In this document: in pieces, positions 24,601 through 38,600 of the stretch
Numbering within the stretch: the first letter of the stretch is position 1
Layout of the letters: every line of letters starts with the position of its first letter
Position numbers and translations under genes: made by a program
The notes under the pieces: generated by a model
Seen by the model: only the letters and a program-made list of their open reading frames with translations
Told to the model about the DNA's origin: nothing
The model's database searches: none
From: Ascidiella aspersa
Taxonomy: Eukaryota
Direction of reading: 5' to 3'
DNA: 64,000 nucleotides
NCBI GenBank assembly: GCA_963924565.1
Contig: OZ004610.1
Location: forward strand, 4,898,001-4,962,000

Positions 24601-26873
24601 GTTTTATTAGGGACTATTACGTATTGTTGCATGTTGAATATATTCCAGAAAAAAAAAAGATTCAATAAAAAATTACAATATTGTAATTCAAATTACAGAA
24701 ATTGTTTCTAAGAAAAAACATATTTCTTGTTAAAATAGGGTCGCATAAAATCATTTGTTGAACCCTGGTCAAAGTGGTTTAAAAACTTGAAAACGAGAAG
24801 ATCAGAATCTATATTGACTTTACACCAGTGTGGTAATGAAGCATTTTTTGGTAAAATTGGGTTATTTATCCATATTTTTGCACATAAAACAATTTACTTG
24901 CCCTCTATGGCCTTTTTGGTATTTTTTAGTTAAGTTATTGCTCATAATCAAACAAGTTTACCCAATTTTAATAGCTTAACATGTAATTTTTATGACAAGC
25001 ACTTGACTTGGAATTGACTTGCTTTAATTATGACTTGGCCTGTTATTTATTCAAAAAGACTCAAACTGAAGTTATTTTACATATGACTTGACTTAAACTG
25101 AAGTTATTTTACATATGACTTGACTTAAACTGAAGTTATTTTACATATGACTTGACTTAAACTGAAGTTATTTTACATATGAATTGACTTAAACTGAAGT
25201 TATTTTACATATGACTTGACTCAAACTGAAGTTATTTTACATATGACTTGACTTAAACTGAAGTTATTTTACATATGACTTGACTTAAACTGAAGTTATT
25301 TTACATATGACTTGACTTAAACTGAAGTTATTTTACATATGACTTGACTTAAACTGAAGTTATTTTACATATGACTTGACTTAAACTGAAGTTATTTTAC
25401 ATATGAATTGACTTAAACTGAAGTTATTTTACATATGACTTGACTCAAACTGAAGTTATTTTACATATGACTTGACTTAAACTGAAGTTATTTTACATAT
25501 GACTTGACTTAAACTGAAGTTATTTTACATATGACTTGACTTAAATTGAAGTTATTTTACATATGACTTGACTCAAACTGAAGTTATTTTACATATGACT
25601 TGACTTAAACTGAAGTTATTTTACATATGACTTGACTTAAACTGAAGTTATTTTACATATGACTTGACTCAAACTGAAGTTATTTTACATATGACTTGAC
25701 TTAAACTGAAGTTATTTTACATATGACTTGACTCAAACTGAAGTTATTTTACATATGACTTGACTCAAACTGAAGTTATTTTACATATGACTTGACTTAA
25801 ACTGAAGTTATTTTACAAATGACTTGACTTAAACTGAAGTTATTTTACATATGACTTGACTCAAACTGAAGTTATTTTACATATGACTTGACTCAAACTG
25901 AAGTTATTTTACATATGACTTGACTTAAACTGAAGTTATTTTACAAATGACTGACTTAAACTGTAGTTATTTTACAGATGACTTGACTTGGACTATGTCT
26001 GAAATTAAAGGGGATAATTTATTAATAAAAAAATAGTGAAAAAATGTAGTATGTATGTGCCAGTGAGTGTGTTGAAAAATTGGAGTAAACAAAAGTAGCA
26101 GTTATCTATAAACATGCAATAAGCAGAACAACCTCTCCTCGAATTCCTTGGCAATGATTTCTTTGCTGTCAATAGTTTGATCTTTTGAAGGAGGAAGAGG
26201 ACCTATGACATCATCATTGTCATCATCAACGTCTTCTTCATCACTCTGTCTTTTAAACACAATAATTTTAAACAAAAAAAACAGTAATTTAGATAGCAAT
26301 TTTAGTTTATTTGTTGTCCAACATAATTATGTGGATATTTTGACAGAAGTAGGTAGCAACCTACAGAAGTAGGTAGCAATTTGAACGTTTCAAATAACTC
26401 TTTATTCACTTTCAACATAGAGAGAAGGCACATGGATATTATTCTTAAAGTGTTACTTTATTTTTATTTGGTCCGATTAAACTCTATCAACAATAGGTGA
26501 GAGTTTAAGTTAGAAACTAAAATACTATCTGTATAAATAAACAAATGGCATACCTTAGGAACCCAGGTGGCAGTAAGGGTCCAACTACTCTTTGCTGTTC
26601 TGTGGATTGGGTCTTTTTGAAAGTTGGAGGAAGTGCCGGTCCAAAAATCTCATCATCAACCTCTGCATCTTCGAGTTTGCTTGCTGGTAATACTGGACCA
26701 ATACTTTTGTTTACAGAGTGTGTAGACGACTTTGTGGGCGGTAATGCTGGTCCACAGATGTCATTTTCTGATGAGCTTGTTTGAAAACCAGGTGGCATTG
26801 CAGGGCCAATTGTGTTGGCATCATCCCTAACTACCTTTGAGCTTGGAAGTGCGGGTCCAATAAACTCATCCAT
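21603..26873 (-). CDS. GPALPP1: GPALPP motifs-containing protein 1, 7 exons
   Basis: Exons 26554-26873 (repeated IGPALPP motifs), 26133-26249, 24148-24241 (REEWMTELPP), 23610-23705 (FGMGPRAF..DRSVWTDTP), 23100-23195, 22448-22567 (SLMSLH..RRPFDRDTDLQ), 21603-21704 (VNRFDEAAKKRMMKQSAGLSSRFSH..FL*). Confidence 0.93.
22321..22362 (+). ncRNA. Degenerate hammerhead ribozyme motif
   Basis: CTGACGA-A-GGCTTTCT-AAAT-AGGAAGCC-GAAA-CGCAC; the cleavage triplet is degenerate. Confidence 0.5.
23755..24129. mobile_element. CCGATA-rich hAT-type MITE
   Basis: TIR-like TATAGATAGACC/GGTCCATCTCTA; TSD TACAGAAC/TACAGAAG. Confidence 0.75.
25058..25990. repeat. Minisatellite, 32-bp unit x ~29, in GPALPP1 intron 2
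   Basis: Head-to-tail GACTTGACTTAAACTGAAGTTATTTTACATAT with few variants and no spacers. Confidence 0.97.
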
Positions 26874-28100
26874 CGTTGGTAGTGAAAACACACCAAAATA
26901 ATCTTTTACAATTTTTATCAAAAAATATAAGAAGGAATAATTGATACGGTGCTGTAAAGTTAAGTAATCAATGTAAACAATAAATAAATATAGTTACAGT
27001 TAGTTCATACTCTAACAGAGGGTGGTCCAAATCCAGGGCCCCAGTCTTTTCCTTTGACGGCAACATAGAAAGAACACTGGACTTATTTAAAATACAATTT
27101 GTACAACTTTAAACCAAATAAACAATAAAACTAAACACACTATTGGAAGTATTTTTTGACATGTTTTTTTATGTCTAAAAGCTAGATCCAAACCCAAAGG
27201 CATTTTTTGCATGAATCAATAAGTTGTTTGAAATTTGGTCAATTAGTCATAAGCACCTTTTCAACTTCAAACACAATACAATTTTGTGGCCCATGATGCA
27301 GGCAACCTTGGACCACCCTGACCTTGTACAACTCTACTACTTTCAGAAAGACGGTTCAAAGCTTTTAAACTTAAACTTTGTCATTTGAAAAAGTTATTTA
27401 CTTGCACACATGTGCAGCAAAACTGGGCAAATATATATAATAGAAAATATTCCAATAGAAACAACAAAATTGTTTTTGCAATACTAAAAATAATAGTAAG
27501 CAGAGCAGCTTACTTTGGTATTGAAATACACGGAACAAAAAATTACAATAGTATATTCAAAAACCGACGTTTAAATGAAGAACTAATGGAAACTTATTAG
27601 CATCGCATCAGGTCAAATCACACCATGAAATAGTTCACACAGTAAGCTAAAAACAGTATTTATTGCACTATTTTTTATTTTCAGAAAAATTTAATGATTG
27701 CTTAATGATTGCTTTATAGTTATACCTTAGAAATCAACGGAAAATTACAAAAAAAATAAAATGAGTTGTTTCCAATACCTTAGGTATAGTTATATGAAAA
27801 AAAAGTTTTTGTTAGTAGGTCAAATAAGAGTATCCTACAGTTTACCAATGTAAATAAAAGCTTATAAAATGGGAATTTTATTTATTATTGTTTTAAGGTT
27901 TAACAAACTATTTCTGAGGAATTTAAGTTTTAAGCTTTGTTAATTGTGCTTTTTGTCTAAAGTTATGTAAAAGGAAAACTTATTCAAACCAGTTAGTCCA
28001 AGACATATTGGATAAAAGAATATTTAACTTTTACGGTGTAATACAGCAGCTTGATTTTTCTCAAGCAAAAAATGTCCAACACATAAAATGGCACTGTTAA

Positions 28101-29969
28101 CTAGGCAGCAGAACCAGTCTTTTCTGTATTTTCAACGGCAATTAAAATGTTTGCGTCAAATTGTTCTGTCCTTATTGGCATTTCCAGGGAATAAAAAGGA
28201 TTCTTCAAAGCAAAGTCTGCATAGATTTGATAAAGTCTGCTGAGCAGGGAATCAACTCCAACCTGGAAACAAGCAACAATAAATATTGATATCTAGATAC
28301 TTGAAAATGCATTGCAAAAATTCTACAAACTAAACACACACATATATTTAAACCAGGGCTGCCGAGTCGGAGTCGGACTAGGGACTCAACGGAGTTGGTT
28401 TGTTTTGCTGGAGTCGGACTCGGGTGAGACCACAGAAAACTACCAGAGTCCAGAGTCCGACGTGTGCAGTTCCAAATTTAAAAACTGATATTACCGCCAT
28501 TTATAAATCGTAAAAGCGCAATACCAAATGGTGAAATATTTCCGGTATTGTGATTAAATGAATTATATGACACTCCTATGCAGGGACTGCTAAAAATCCA
28601 CCTTAATTGAGTTATGTAATTTGGTGAAATGCATTCTGTTGAATCGAAGCCTGATTCGAGGCTCGACAAAATCGCACATTTAGCCGAGGTCGGACTCGGG
28701 TTTATTTTTTTGGCCGGAGTTGGACTCCAGTTATTTTTAACTTACTCCGCAGCCCTGATTTAAACAACAATGTAATCAGTGTAAACCTGCTTTGGATCTG
28801 CTATAACCACAAACTTCACACCAGTGGAGGTTTGGTTACAGTGCAGCGTAAACATATCGGTTTCAAGCTTTTGAATGCCAGAACTTCCAGGCACTGGGGA
28901 AAGCTGGACACTGATTGCATACAAAGAATGAAACATGCTCGCCATCATGATTTTTTGGTTGGAGGAAAGTTTGGGCCTTCCAAACTTAATACTGATTGGA
29001 TAGTTCTTCTCATTTGCAATTGTCTAAAAAATGTGTAAACATCAATTCATTAATGTTGAGAAACATCTATCATTAGTTTTTATTTTTACTTGACCAGATG
29101 GCGGATATTAGTATTTTTACCACCCTTGAAGCCTTCTATAGTCTAATCGAATTAACCAAACCAGTCACTCAAGTGATAATTTAAGTAGATGTATGAATGT
29201 TCAGTCGTTCTCTACTATTAAATTATTTTGGCTGTAACTCAAAAAAGGAACTATTAGTGAAATAAAATATTTCCAATATACAATTGAGCTACTTTGAGCA
29301 CCCCTTTTTTCACATCATTTAAAAAAACATTCAGCATTTTGCACTATCCTTCAGTTTTATATTTAAGGTGCCTGCTTGTACTATTTTGGGGCTGCTTTTG
29401 GAAATATAAAACTTCTATGCTAAGGGATACAGTATGAGCAAACATTTTTTGTGACTGCGAAAGGCATTATTTGAACAGGACAGCATTTCAGCAAGTTTTT
29501 TAAGTAATATTAAATGGGACATGGCCCTAAACAGTAAAATTCTATTCTCAGAGCCTTAAATCATCAAACCTCAATAGTATCAGAACCATCTTCAAGCTTT
29601 CTTCCATTAGCTAATTTTCCATTTACAGAAAGGACAATGTGTCCTACATGAATACCGTCTCGCTGACCAAATACAACTGCCACCTGGTCTGACTGAAAAT
29701 CCAACTTTAAATCCAATGGATAACTACAGGAGCAACAAGAAATGTTACTTAAATTTAATTTAAAATTAAGAAACAGACATAACATGAAAAGAGAATATTT
29801 TGAACACTGAATTGGCTTCAATGTTGACAAATATGTTTCGATTGAATAGCAACAAATTTGGGGGATTCTACCTGAATGTCTTTTCCATTTCAACATTTGA
29901 TTTGTGGTGGTCACAATGAAAGATTAGCCCTCCAGCTTTGTTGATTATATATATTGCAAATACAGTCAT
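28101..29969 (-). CDS. TRAPPC4: Trafficking protein particle complex subunit 4 (synbindin/Trs23), 4 exons
   Basis: Exons 29872-29969 ([17 protein letters not shown]), 29570-29723 ([18 protein letters not shown]), 28787-29023 ([35 protein letters not shown]), 28101-28262 ([21 protein letters not shown] stop). Confidence 0.96.
28354..28757. mobile_element. hAT-type MITE (GAGTCGG-rich family) in TRAPPC4 intron 3
   Basis: CAGGGCTGCCGAGT...ACTCCGCAGCCCTG; perfect TSD ATTTAAAC. Confidence 0.9.
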
Positions 29970-30531
29970 CTTATAAAAATAGTAAGGACTAAGAAAAAAA
30001 AATAGTAAGGACTAGAAAATAATGGGAGAATACATATAATAATAATATTTGACCGACCTGAACCTAAACGCTAACTTGTACTGCAACCCAAATAATGTTA
30101 AACCCCGGACAAAACTGTTGTAGGATTCTAGACTTGCGCCAAGAGTGTTCTCTCACTCGGTAGTAACTTTCAAGAAAGAATGGAAAACAAATAACAACAA
30201 CAATCTAGGAATATTGCATTACGGCAAGCATGTCAGATGTCACCTGGCATATACCACAGTCAGAAATAACATAATATGTACCAGGATTTAATATGTATGT
30301 TACAGGTGATAATAAGTACATTTTGAAATATGATAAGAGTTTTGTAAAAGGTTAGCATTAAATAATAAATACGAAGCACATTTGCAAGTTGCACTTATTT
30401 ATTGGAACACCAAGCACTCAAGCATGACGCATATTAGGCCTGCGTTCATAGAGTTCTTAAACAAAGCATAATTTTGGTAACATAACGTAACGTCACAGCA
30501 ATGATACTATGGTTACAGAGTTACTTTAAAA

Positions 30532-31034
30532 CAGGGATGAACCCGCAGCCTGCCTGATCTTAACGTGCGGCCCATCACTTATTCTCATTTCCAGTATCCT
30601 TTATTGAAAACAATTGTTTTGACTATCGTCAAAACGTATTTAATGAAGGTCTCATGTCATATTTTTCTGAGACTATAATCGAGTTCAATGTCGCATTTCA
30701 ACAGCATCAAACATTTGTTTAGCCATCATTGTAAAAATGTGTGTTTTTGTGGACTGTTTTTAAGGCAATATATCAGCCCAAGGTGTCTTACCATGGCATA
30801 ATACGGCATGTAAACTGAATTTTTCGCGCTTCGCGCGATAAGGCCGGAATTTACTTGCATATTTGCACGCAAATTCACTCTGGAAGACGGGGTGTTTATA
30901 AGTTAAGTTGTTTTATGGCGTCACGATATGACGTAACTTATGACGTCAACCCCTTTAATATAATAGGTTTGCGGCCCATTGAAATTTTTAAAGTGACAAT
31001 GCAGCCCATTCTGCTATAAGGTTGGTCATTCCTG
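30532..31034. mobile_element. Degenerate hAT-type MITE related to 15809-16959
   Basis: CAGGGATGA...TCATTCCTG termini, shared AATTTTTCGCGCTTCGCGCG-like motif, TSD-like CTTTAAAA/CTATAAAC. Confidence 0.55.
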
Positions 31035-33397
31035 CTATAAACAATGAAAAAACGCTTACATTAAAAAAACATGCAGTGTTTTACCATTATTTTCACGCTG
31101 ATACAGAGTATGATTTTGTTGCATACTGGAGATAATCTGTAGTACCTGTTTTAGCCTATGTGATAAATATTTTGTGGCTCAAATTTATTCCATAACCAGC
31201 ATGTTAAAAATTATGATAAAAATTACCGAATAAACGTTGTCCTGAGATGTTTCATATTTTGATCACTTTAGGTTTTAAAACAGCGCAAAATTTGAACATG
31301 ATATAACTCCACTCTGTAAAACATAAGTCGAAAACTTATGTTCTGTAAAACATAAGTCGAAACTGTTCGATTTAATTCGACGTTCTGTTTCAAAGTGACT
31401 TGTTTACTGCATAGGACACTACTTACTGCTACTCTTAGCGGGTTCGATATCATTATATATCTAAATCATATTGACGATCCGAAGAATGTTTTTCGAAAAT
31501 ATACGAGTTTATATTCCCAACACTAGACGGCGATAAAGATTAACAAACACACGTCTAACTCGGTCCACATGTTTCGTGTTATTCATTGAATCATTGGGTT
31601 TTACTAATCAGAAAACCCGGTAATCGAATAACTCTATTCATAAATTGCCTTCGGTTTTGAGTTATATATTTCGAAAATTTCGATGAAAATGATGACCAAA
31701 CGTTCGAAACGTTCAAAATGCTACCTACTTCTTTATGGGCTTTTTGATATTCTTACTACGTCTTACTACAACCTCCAACCATTATGCTTCGAAGTGTTTA
31801 TTGTGGTAATCATTTTTATCGAAATTTTAATCTTAGTACAATAAAAACGACTTTGCTTTGTTTATTCTTTGGAATGGCGGTTTAACGGTGCACTCCAGCA
31901 AAGGAAACGCCAATACTTTGTTGCGCCTAGAACTTAAATTCGCCGAGTCATGTACACCAACATTTTACTAAATTACTCAATCAAAAAGCTTCAGATGCCA
32001 AAAATACAAAAGATTTCTCGAAAAGCATTCAAGTCTTTCAACGTCATTATTTATTCAGCAGAGTTAAGGTCTGACGATAGTAAGGCGACGACCATATAAA
32101 ATCAACTAAGTTCGATAATAATTTTATGCCACTGGATTTCCATACCTATTTAATTCATTAGTAAGTGCGTAAAGAAAACTTTAAAAATGTGTGACAAACT
32201 ATTTTTGTCTACCGTGTTATAAATTTAATATATAAACTCTTGCTACCGGGAATCGTAATAAACAATTGAAACTAGCAGAGGAGCTGTTTTTGATTTAGTA
32301 TTAATATTTGTCCGTATGTCAATAGTCCACTTTTACCAGCATCAGGTGTTTCCACATCAAATATTGACAAACATTCTGCCCCAATACATATTTAACAAAG
32401 CCCTCAAAAAATAGTCCAGTCAACTCGATACAGTGGGTATGTAAACATAGAGAGGTTGCTAATGATTTACATTTTTTATGTTGAAAACCGATGTTAAAAA
32501 AAAGAAAGAAGTATGTTGACAACAACATTAACGTTTAAAGCTTCCCATGTAAGAACCTATTTTAAAAAGGTGAGTTTCTCTGTTAAAGTACCATGTTTAC
32601 ACCTAGAACGATGTGAACTTTTTCGCCATTTGATATCGCCGCATCTATAGTGTTTGTTGGCAACATGCAAGCCGCCGTGTTTCGCGACGCCTGTTTGTGT
32701 TTTGCCAGAGATAGATAGAGAGAGAGAGAGAGATCCTTGTTTTCGGCGATGAGCGGCGACGCTCTCTCTACTTAACGGAAAGCGAACAAAGGGTTAGCAC
32801 TCGGGAGTTGCTGCTCCCCTTTTAATGCTTGTAGTCTGGCGCTGGTCATGTGACGAGGTAGCATTCGACGTAAACAAGTCTAGAAAAACAGCCAGCCGCC
32901 CAGCGCCGTGTTACCGCGCTACACGGCCGCGCGCAAATGGCTGGGTCTTTTTCGGCGAGAAACAGCCAGCCTCGCATAGTGGTGCGGCAGCGATATGGCA
33001 CCTCTTTCGGCATCAGTCATTCATTAATATTTTATTTCTATCGCGTGACGGCAAGTTTATAGAGCTTTGCCTGCTGCGAAATTCGCCACAAGGCGGCTCC
33101 GAACCACGGCGATTATATTGTTTTTTGTTGTTGTTTTTTTTGTTGTTGTTGTCGTCGGTTGAAGAGAAACCGACGCCACGAAATTCCCGGTTGCCGAGTT
33201 CGACACTTATCCCGAGTGACGCACGTTGTTATCGCTTTATGACGAAGACAAGCGCCCGGAAAACTATTTACGCCAAAAGCGTATATCCTTACGTATACCA
33301 TATACGCATAAAAATTCGACGCCAGATTTAACGATTGCGCTGAACACGACATCAGGGGTAAAGCAACACCAGCTAGTTTTACGAATACCCTCTGGTC

Positions 33398-33578
33398 GTA
33401 ATTTCAATAAAAATACCAAAGCCATAATATTCGATAAAATCGACATTTCGCAATTTACAGACGTTTCAGCAATAACTAATGCCATCTAACACTGGTGATG
33501 GTATTGCTGAAACGTTTGTAAATTGCGAAATGTAGATTTTATCGAATATTATGGCTTTGATATTTTTATTGAAATTAC
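33398..33578. mobile_element. Foldback element with 77-bp inverted arms
   Basis: 33398-33474 vs 33502-33578 near-perfect inverted repeat; CCTCTGGTCGT direct repeat at 33389 and 33602. Confidence 0.8.
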
Positions 33579-33786
33579 TACAAAAACCCGTATATTGTGT
33601 TCCTCTGGTCGTGTAATGGCATGTTAGAAGGACGAAAGGTGTAATGACCGGGATTGTCCAACTCAGGGTGAAAGGCGCATTGAAGCGATGCTGCCAAACC
33701 TGAATATTTCACGACAACCGCATCCGTCCTGAAAAACAACAGCTACCAATTTAAAAGGTGACGAGAGCGCCTTTGATCTTATGCAA

Positions 33787-34085
33787 CAGGGGTGGCCAAC
33801 ATGTCGATCGCCACATTTTACCTGGTCGATCGCGTCGAATATGTGTTACGTCATTGCGGTAACTGTCCCACACAAGCGAAACATTAGAATGACCAACTGT
33901 TGTCTGGACAAGCCTAATAAAGCGTTTCTTGACCTAACAAATTAACCTCCATCGCTGGCTTGGAATGCATTTAATCCCAAAAATGTTCAATAAGTGTTCT
34001 TGTGATATTTTACTGAACCAGTCGATCGAGAGTCTCTAAAAAATATTTCAGTCGATCAAAATCAAACATAAGTTGGCTACACATG
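33787..34085. mobile_element. hAT-type MITE (GTCGATCG family)
   Basis: CAGGGGTGGCCAAC...GTTGGCTACACATG; a related left end is nested at ~2543. Confidence 0.55.
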
Positions 34086-35606
34086 TTGTACAAGAACAAT
34101 AAAACTCTATTTTGTATTAGGGTGCTTTGCAGATTATTGGTATACCATCTAAAACTATAAATGGGCTGTATTTATATCTGACAAAGGAATAATACCAAAA
34201 TCAAGGCGCGAAAACAATACCCGCTGCCAGAGGCGGGTTTAGACAAACATATCAACTGGCAAAACAACCCGAGATCGCACGTCACAGAACGTAGTAAATT
34301 TCACACTATACGGGCCGTTTCAGCTAGGGGCGTTGCCAAAATCGTTTCCTCGACGGTTAAGCTCTCCGCGTTGGAAAACAAGGAAAAAGTTTCGGCCTAG
34401 GCGCGGACGACCACGGTGATGTCAGCGGCGACCGCACATTATCGGCAGGCGCTGGCACCGCAAGGTCACGTTCGCCCTCATTCGCTGCCAAACCGGTCGC
34501 TTTAGGGACAATTAACACGAAATTACTGCTTAGCTCGTCAGCAAGTATTGACACCGTTCCGCCAGCAATGTACGTCACTATACAAGGCCAAGGGGCGAAC
34601 TACCCTTGGAAGCGGCGTTTGCTGCCAACAGCTGTGACCAACTGCATCGTACATACAGCACTTTCACTCACTCTCGTTCACAACTGCAATATACTGGAAA
34701 AGTAGGCGACTCCATTACTTGCTCTACTTTAGAGCAATCTAGTTATTATTTGTCACTTTCTAAAACGTGCCTGTGTTTTGCTTTGTACGCATGTTTGTTT
34801 TTTTACGTTTTCAATGTTTTAACATACAACAACTACACGCCTATAGTAAAGGTTTTCCAATTTAAGTTATTCATTAATAGGGGTCGAAGGACGTTGTTTT
34901 AGTTTTAGTAATGGAACACTTATGGTTCTCGTAATTTATCGACTTAGGGCCTTGTATTTTTGCTACCAAACATTCGTTATATTTACGATGGTTTTCAACT
35001 CGTTTATTTAGATAACACCGCATTGCTTCCCAAGTAAAAGAAACAAAAACAAGAAACCATATTAAGATTTCATTGTCGTCTACTTAAAAAGACTACAAAG
35101 CCGTAAGTCAGAAACATTTATGAAAGCTCTGCAAACAAGGACTGAATCTTTTTTGTGCTTCGGGCATTCCTTTAACATCTTTGCAAAATGATCTAGCATC
35201 GGTATAAGTAGTTTGTTTTTATATAAACTTCCAAAAGTTATTCTTAAGGGTAAGCTCATCTTAATTTATTAAAAAAAACATCGATAAAGGGTAAGGGCAG
35301 GTTCAAATATGGAACTTTGACTTAGCAGTTTTGCCGCTTTGCTCGCATATCCAGTTCGAATGAGTGAATTACTCTCAGACGTATTTTAAAAGAAGCAAAG
35401 AGGGTAAGTTTTAATCAGTCTATAAATAACGTCACTCGGATCCGATTTCTTATAGTGCGGTACTTGTTACTCCATCGTTTTAAGTATCTGGGATTTTTGT
35501 TAATGCAGGTCAATTTGCACTACACTTTAAAATAGTGATCAATACTTTTTGTTGCTTGCCTATCTGTTTAATTTAATCATATGAGGCTATACACTTTCGA
35601 GATTAT

Positions 35607-35611
<5 letters not shown>

Positions 35612-35669
<58 letters not shown>
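35612..35669. repeat. (AT)n microsatellite
   Basis: About 29 AT dinucleotides. Confidence 0.95.
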
Positions 35670-35672
<3 letters not shown>

Positions 35673-38600
35673 CACCTTATAATAGTGACAAAGACTTTTT
35701 GTTGATTGCCTATCTGTTTAATTATATGAGGCTTTAGGCTAAGCTTACGAGATTATATATAGAAATAAATATATATGAATTTAATCCCGAATACCTTTTC
35801 AACGATTCGGTATTCTAAAAGACATTGGTAAAACTTAAAATATTTGCCAAAAGTTCACAAAGCTCTTGTAAATATATGAAATATGCTGTGTTTCCATCGG
35901 AATCGTTGACTAGAGATTGCAATATAAACAAAGTGGCGATACTCTATATTGTAATTTTCGTACGGAAATCGTATTAAGGTGTCGCGTTTCGCGTTCTTGT
36001 ATGAAGGGAATGAGTAAATATGGGATGAATACGTCAAGGTTTCATGACGCACATATATCGTGTCGTAAAGATGCCAAATCAACTTTTATGCCTTGCCTCC
36101 GGAATCAGTGACATTTGATTTTCGACTAAAATAGCAAGACTTGCCGCTTTGATTTTATTCAGGGCCCTATAATAAATATGTCTAGAAACCTGCCGCCAAA
36201 GGTTTCGGATTCAATAAAGATATTTTCAAAACACAAAACGGACATAATAAAACTATTCCTATGTAATAGTTTCGTATTATGTGATATTATTTAGCGTTTA
36301 TGGCTAATAAACCAATGCATATACAAATATTTTTAAACGGTCTAATTTAGTTAAGTTAATGGATGGAATACAAGCTGTATAGTCGAAGCCGGGAATGGGA
36401 GACGACGAATTTGGCTAATTTGTCTGGAGTCTGACTCGGTTTGTTTTTAACCTACTCCGCAGCCCTGGTTTAAACTGATAAAAGATAAAAAAATATAACT
36501 AAGTCATGAATGAAGCACAAGGTCAAAACGAGATGGAATTTACAAAACATCAAGTATGAGCGCAAGGTTGATGCAAATAACAAATAATAAAAGAAAATGA
36601 AAATGTCCAAAAATTAAACATAAATTTAAACAGTCCGACGTTTAAAATTATGAAATTCATTATGACCTTAATTTAAGGATCCAGCAAAGGTTAATACTAA
36701 GAACTGTGAGGAAAATGGCAAGTTAGTTGTTTTACTTATATTCCTAACGTGGCCAATGCGTCTTGGGTATCATTCTAAAAAACATTTTCGAACAATTAGA
36801 GCGAAAATACGATTTTACTTAAAGACGATTTTTGATGCAAGGCTTAAAAGTTGTAGTAAGACATAGAGAATATTAACAAAAACAAGGGATTGTCGGAATA
36901 TTCTAACAGAACACTGATTATTAGTGACGTCAAAAAGGTCGTAGAACGACAAGACTTAGTAAGGCCAGGAATCAATAGCAAGGTGGTAATATACTGTAAA
37001 TAAATCAATATTATGGGCGCTACAAAAACAACTGTTTTCTTGCAGCAATAAACGTTTATTTTGTAATACCTCTATAAAATATAGGGATGCCGATACTGAT
37101 CGATATTTAGGACAAAAATAATATGTCGTCCTTTCAAATATCAATGACGTCATTGCTATATATTACGATCGGCAAATTTAATAAAAATAAAACAAGTCAA
37201 GTTTATGTATGCAGGTTTCAGGTCAAAGTTGCATTAACGTTAATAAGGTAAAAATAAATGTACCTTTTGAGTTTAAATGCGCACGTTCCATAGCAAACCA
37301 TGACTAATTTCCTGTTTTTCTGTTTATAATCGCCGCCGATACAACCCTGGCATCAAAATAGCGACCTTACCATGTCAAATTAAAAATAGCGATTTTACCA
37401 TGTCAAATTAAACCGGTATTTTTTTATAGCTTTTAAAGATTCCCTGTTGAGGGGATGGACTGCTAGCGCAAGACTATTGTTTGTTTTGCCCTCCATTTTG
37501 TAGGCCTACCACGTGTTGGACAGGTGCGTATTTAATTGTAATGAAGACGTATTAACTCTAAAGTCTAAATATATATTTCATGCGTCTACTTGTAATGCAT
37601 AAACACAAATTGCATCTCGTGAGAACCTTATTTTAGCAGCTTTATCCAAATTTAATAGTTTATCACAGTGGTCCGCTATTAAAGGCCCAATTGGTGAAAC
37701 CACTTATACAACAGGGACACATAGGAAAAATGGGTTAAAATTATAGTTGGGAGGGGCATGGCCTAGTCGCCCGATGCAACAACGAGCCAGTATATAAAAT
37801 CTTACCAACATTCACTAAGTGCGAATGAACGGCTATCGCACGGTCCACTACTACATGATAAGACTAAAATAACATTAAATAGTTGCCCATTAAAAATTGC
37901 TAAAAGCACTGGTTTACAAACTAAACTTAGTGACTAGCCCGGATCCTTTATTAGTTCTAATTTTACAGCTGATGTTTTCAATTTGCCCTGTCTTGCATCT
38001 TTAGGACTTTTTTTACAGTAGCCTAGTGTCCATCCAATTTGATGTGAATGTTGGTACAATATTAGCTATAGTAAAAAAACTGATGTTGTTGCAGCCCTCT
38101 CTTAACATTGATTCTGGGACCTAGTTTAGAGCTGGTCTTTCAAGTTTAAACAAAGCTATGAAATAATACCGCATCCTTTTTTATTACTTACGACAACAAA
38201 CTCATTTGACAATGAAGAAAAATAATAGAATAAAAGAAGCAACCACATACAAAAAAAAACAATAACATTTTAGAATATTTTAAAAGAAATACAAAAATAA
38301 CAGACGAAAAAAACGGAAAAGAAGCCGTTTTAATAATAAATAGCTAAAGGTGGATGCCGGCCAGTTACTTCGCTGGAAACATCGAAGAACTGCCTGGGCT
38401 GTGGGCGTATGACATCACAGCAGTGGAGAAAATTAGGAAAATAATGACCGATTCTTTACAGATTGAAAGAGACGAAACTGAGGTATAAGCCATTTTGAAA
38501 GACGAATCGCGTTAAGTGTGGACAACCATGGGAAACAATTAGCCATAGATTGGAGTTTATAACCTTATTATTTAGGACTGGGACCATTTGGGTCGAATTT

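Noticed and set aside
25058-25990. CRISPR-like array (32-bp periodicity)
   Set aside because: Units are contiguous with no unique spacers, there are no cas genes, and it sits in a eukaryotic intron: a minisatellite.
35530-35770. ~150-bp tandem duplication around the AT microsatellite (similar short duplications at 20430, 37365, 56760, 60230)
   Set aside because: Ordinary local slippage or duplication with no functional signal.
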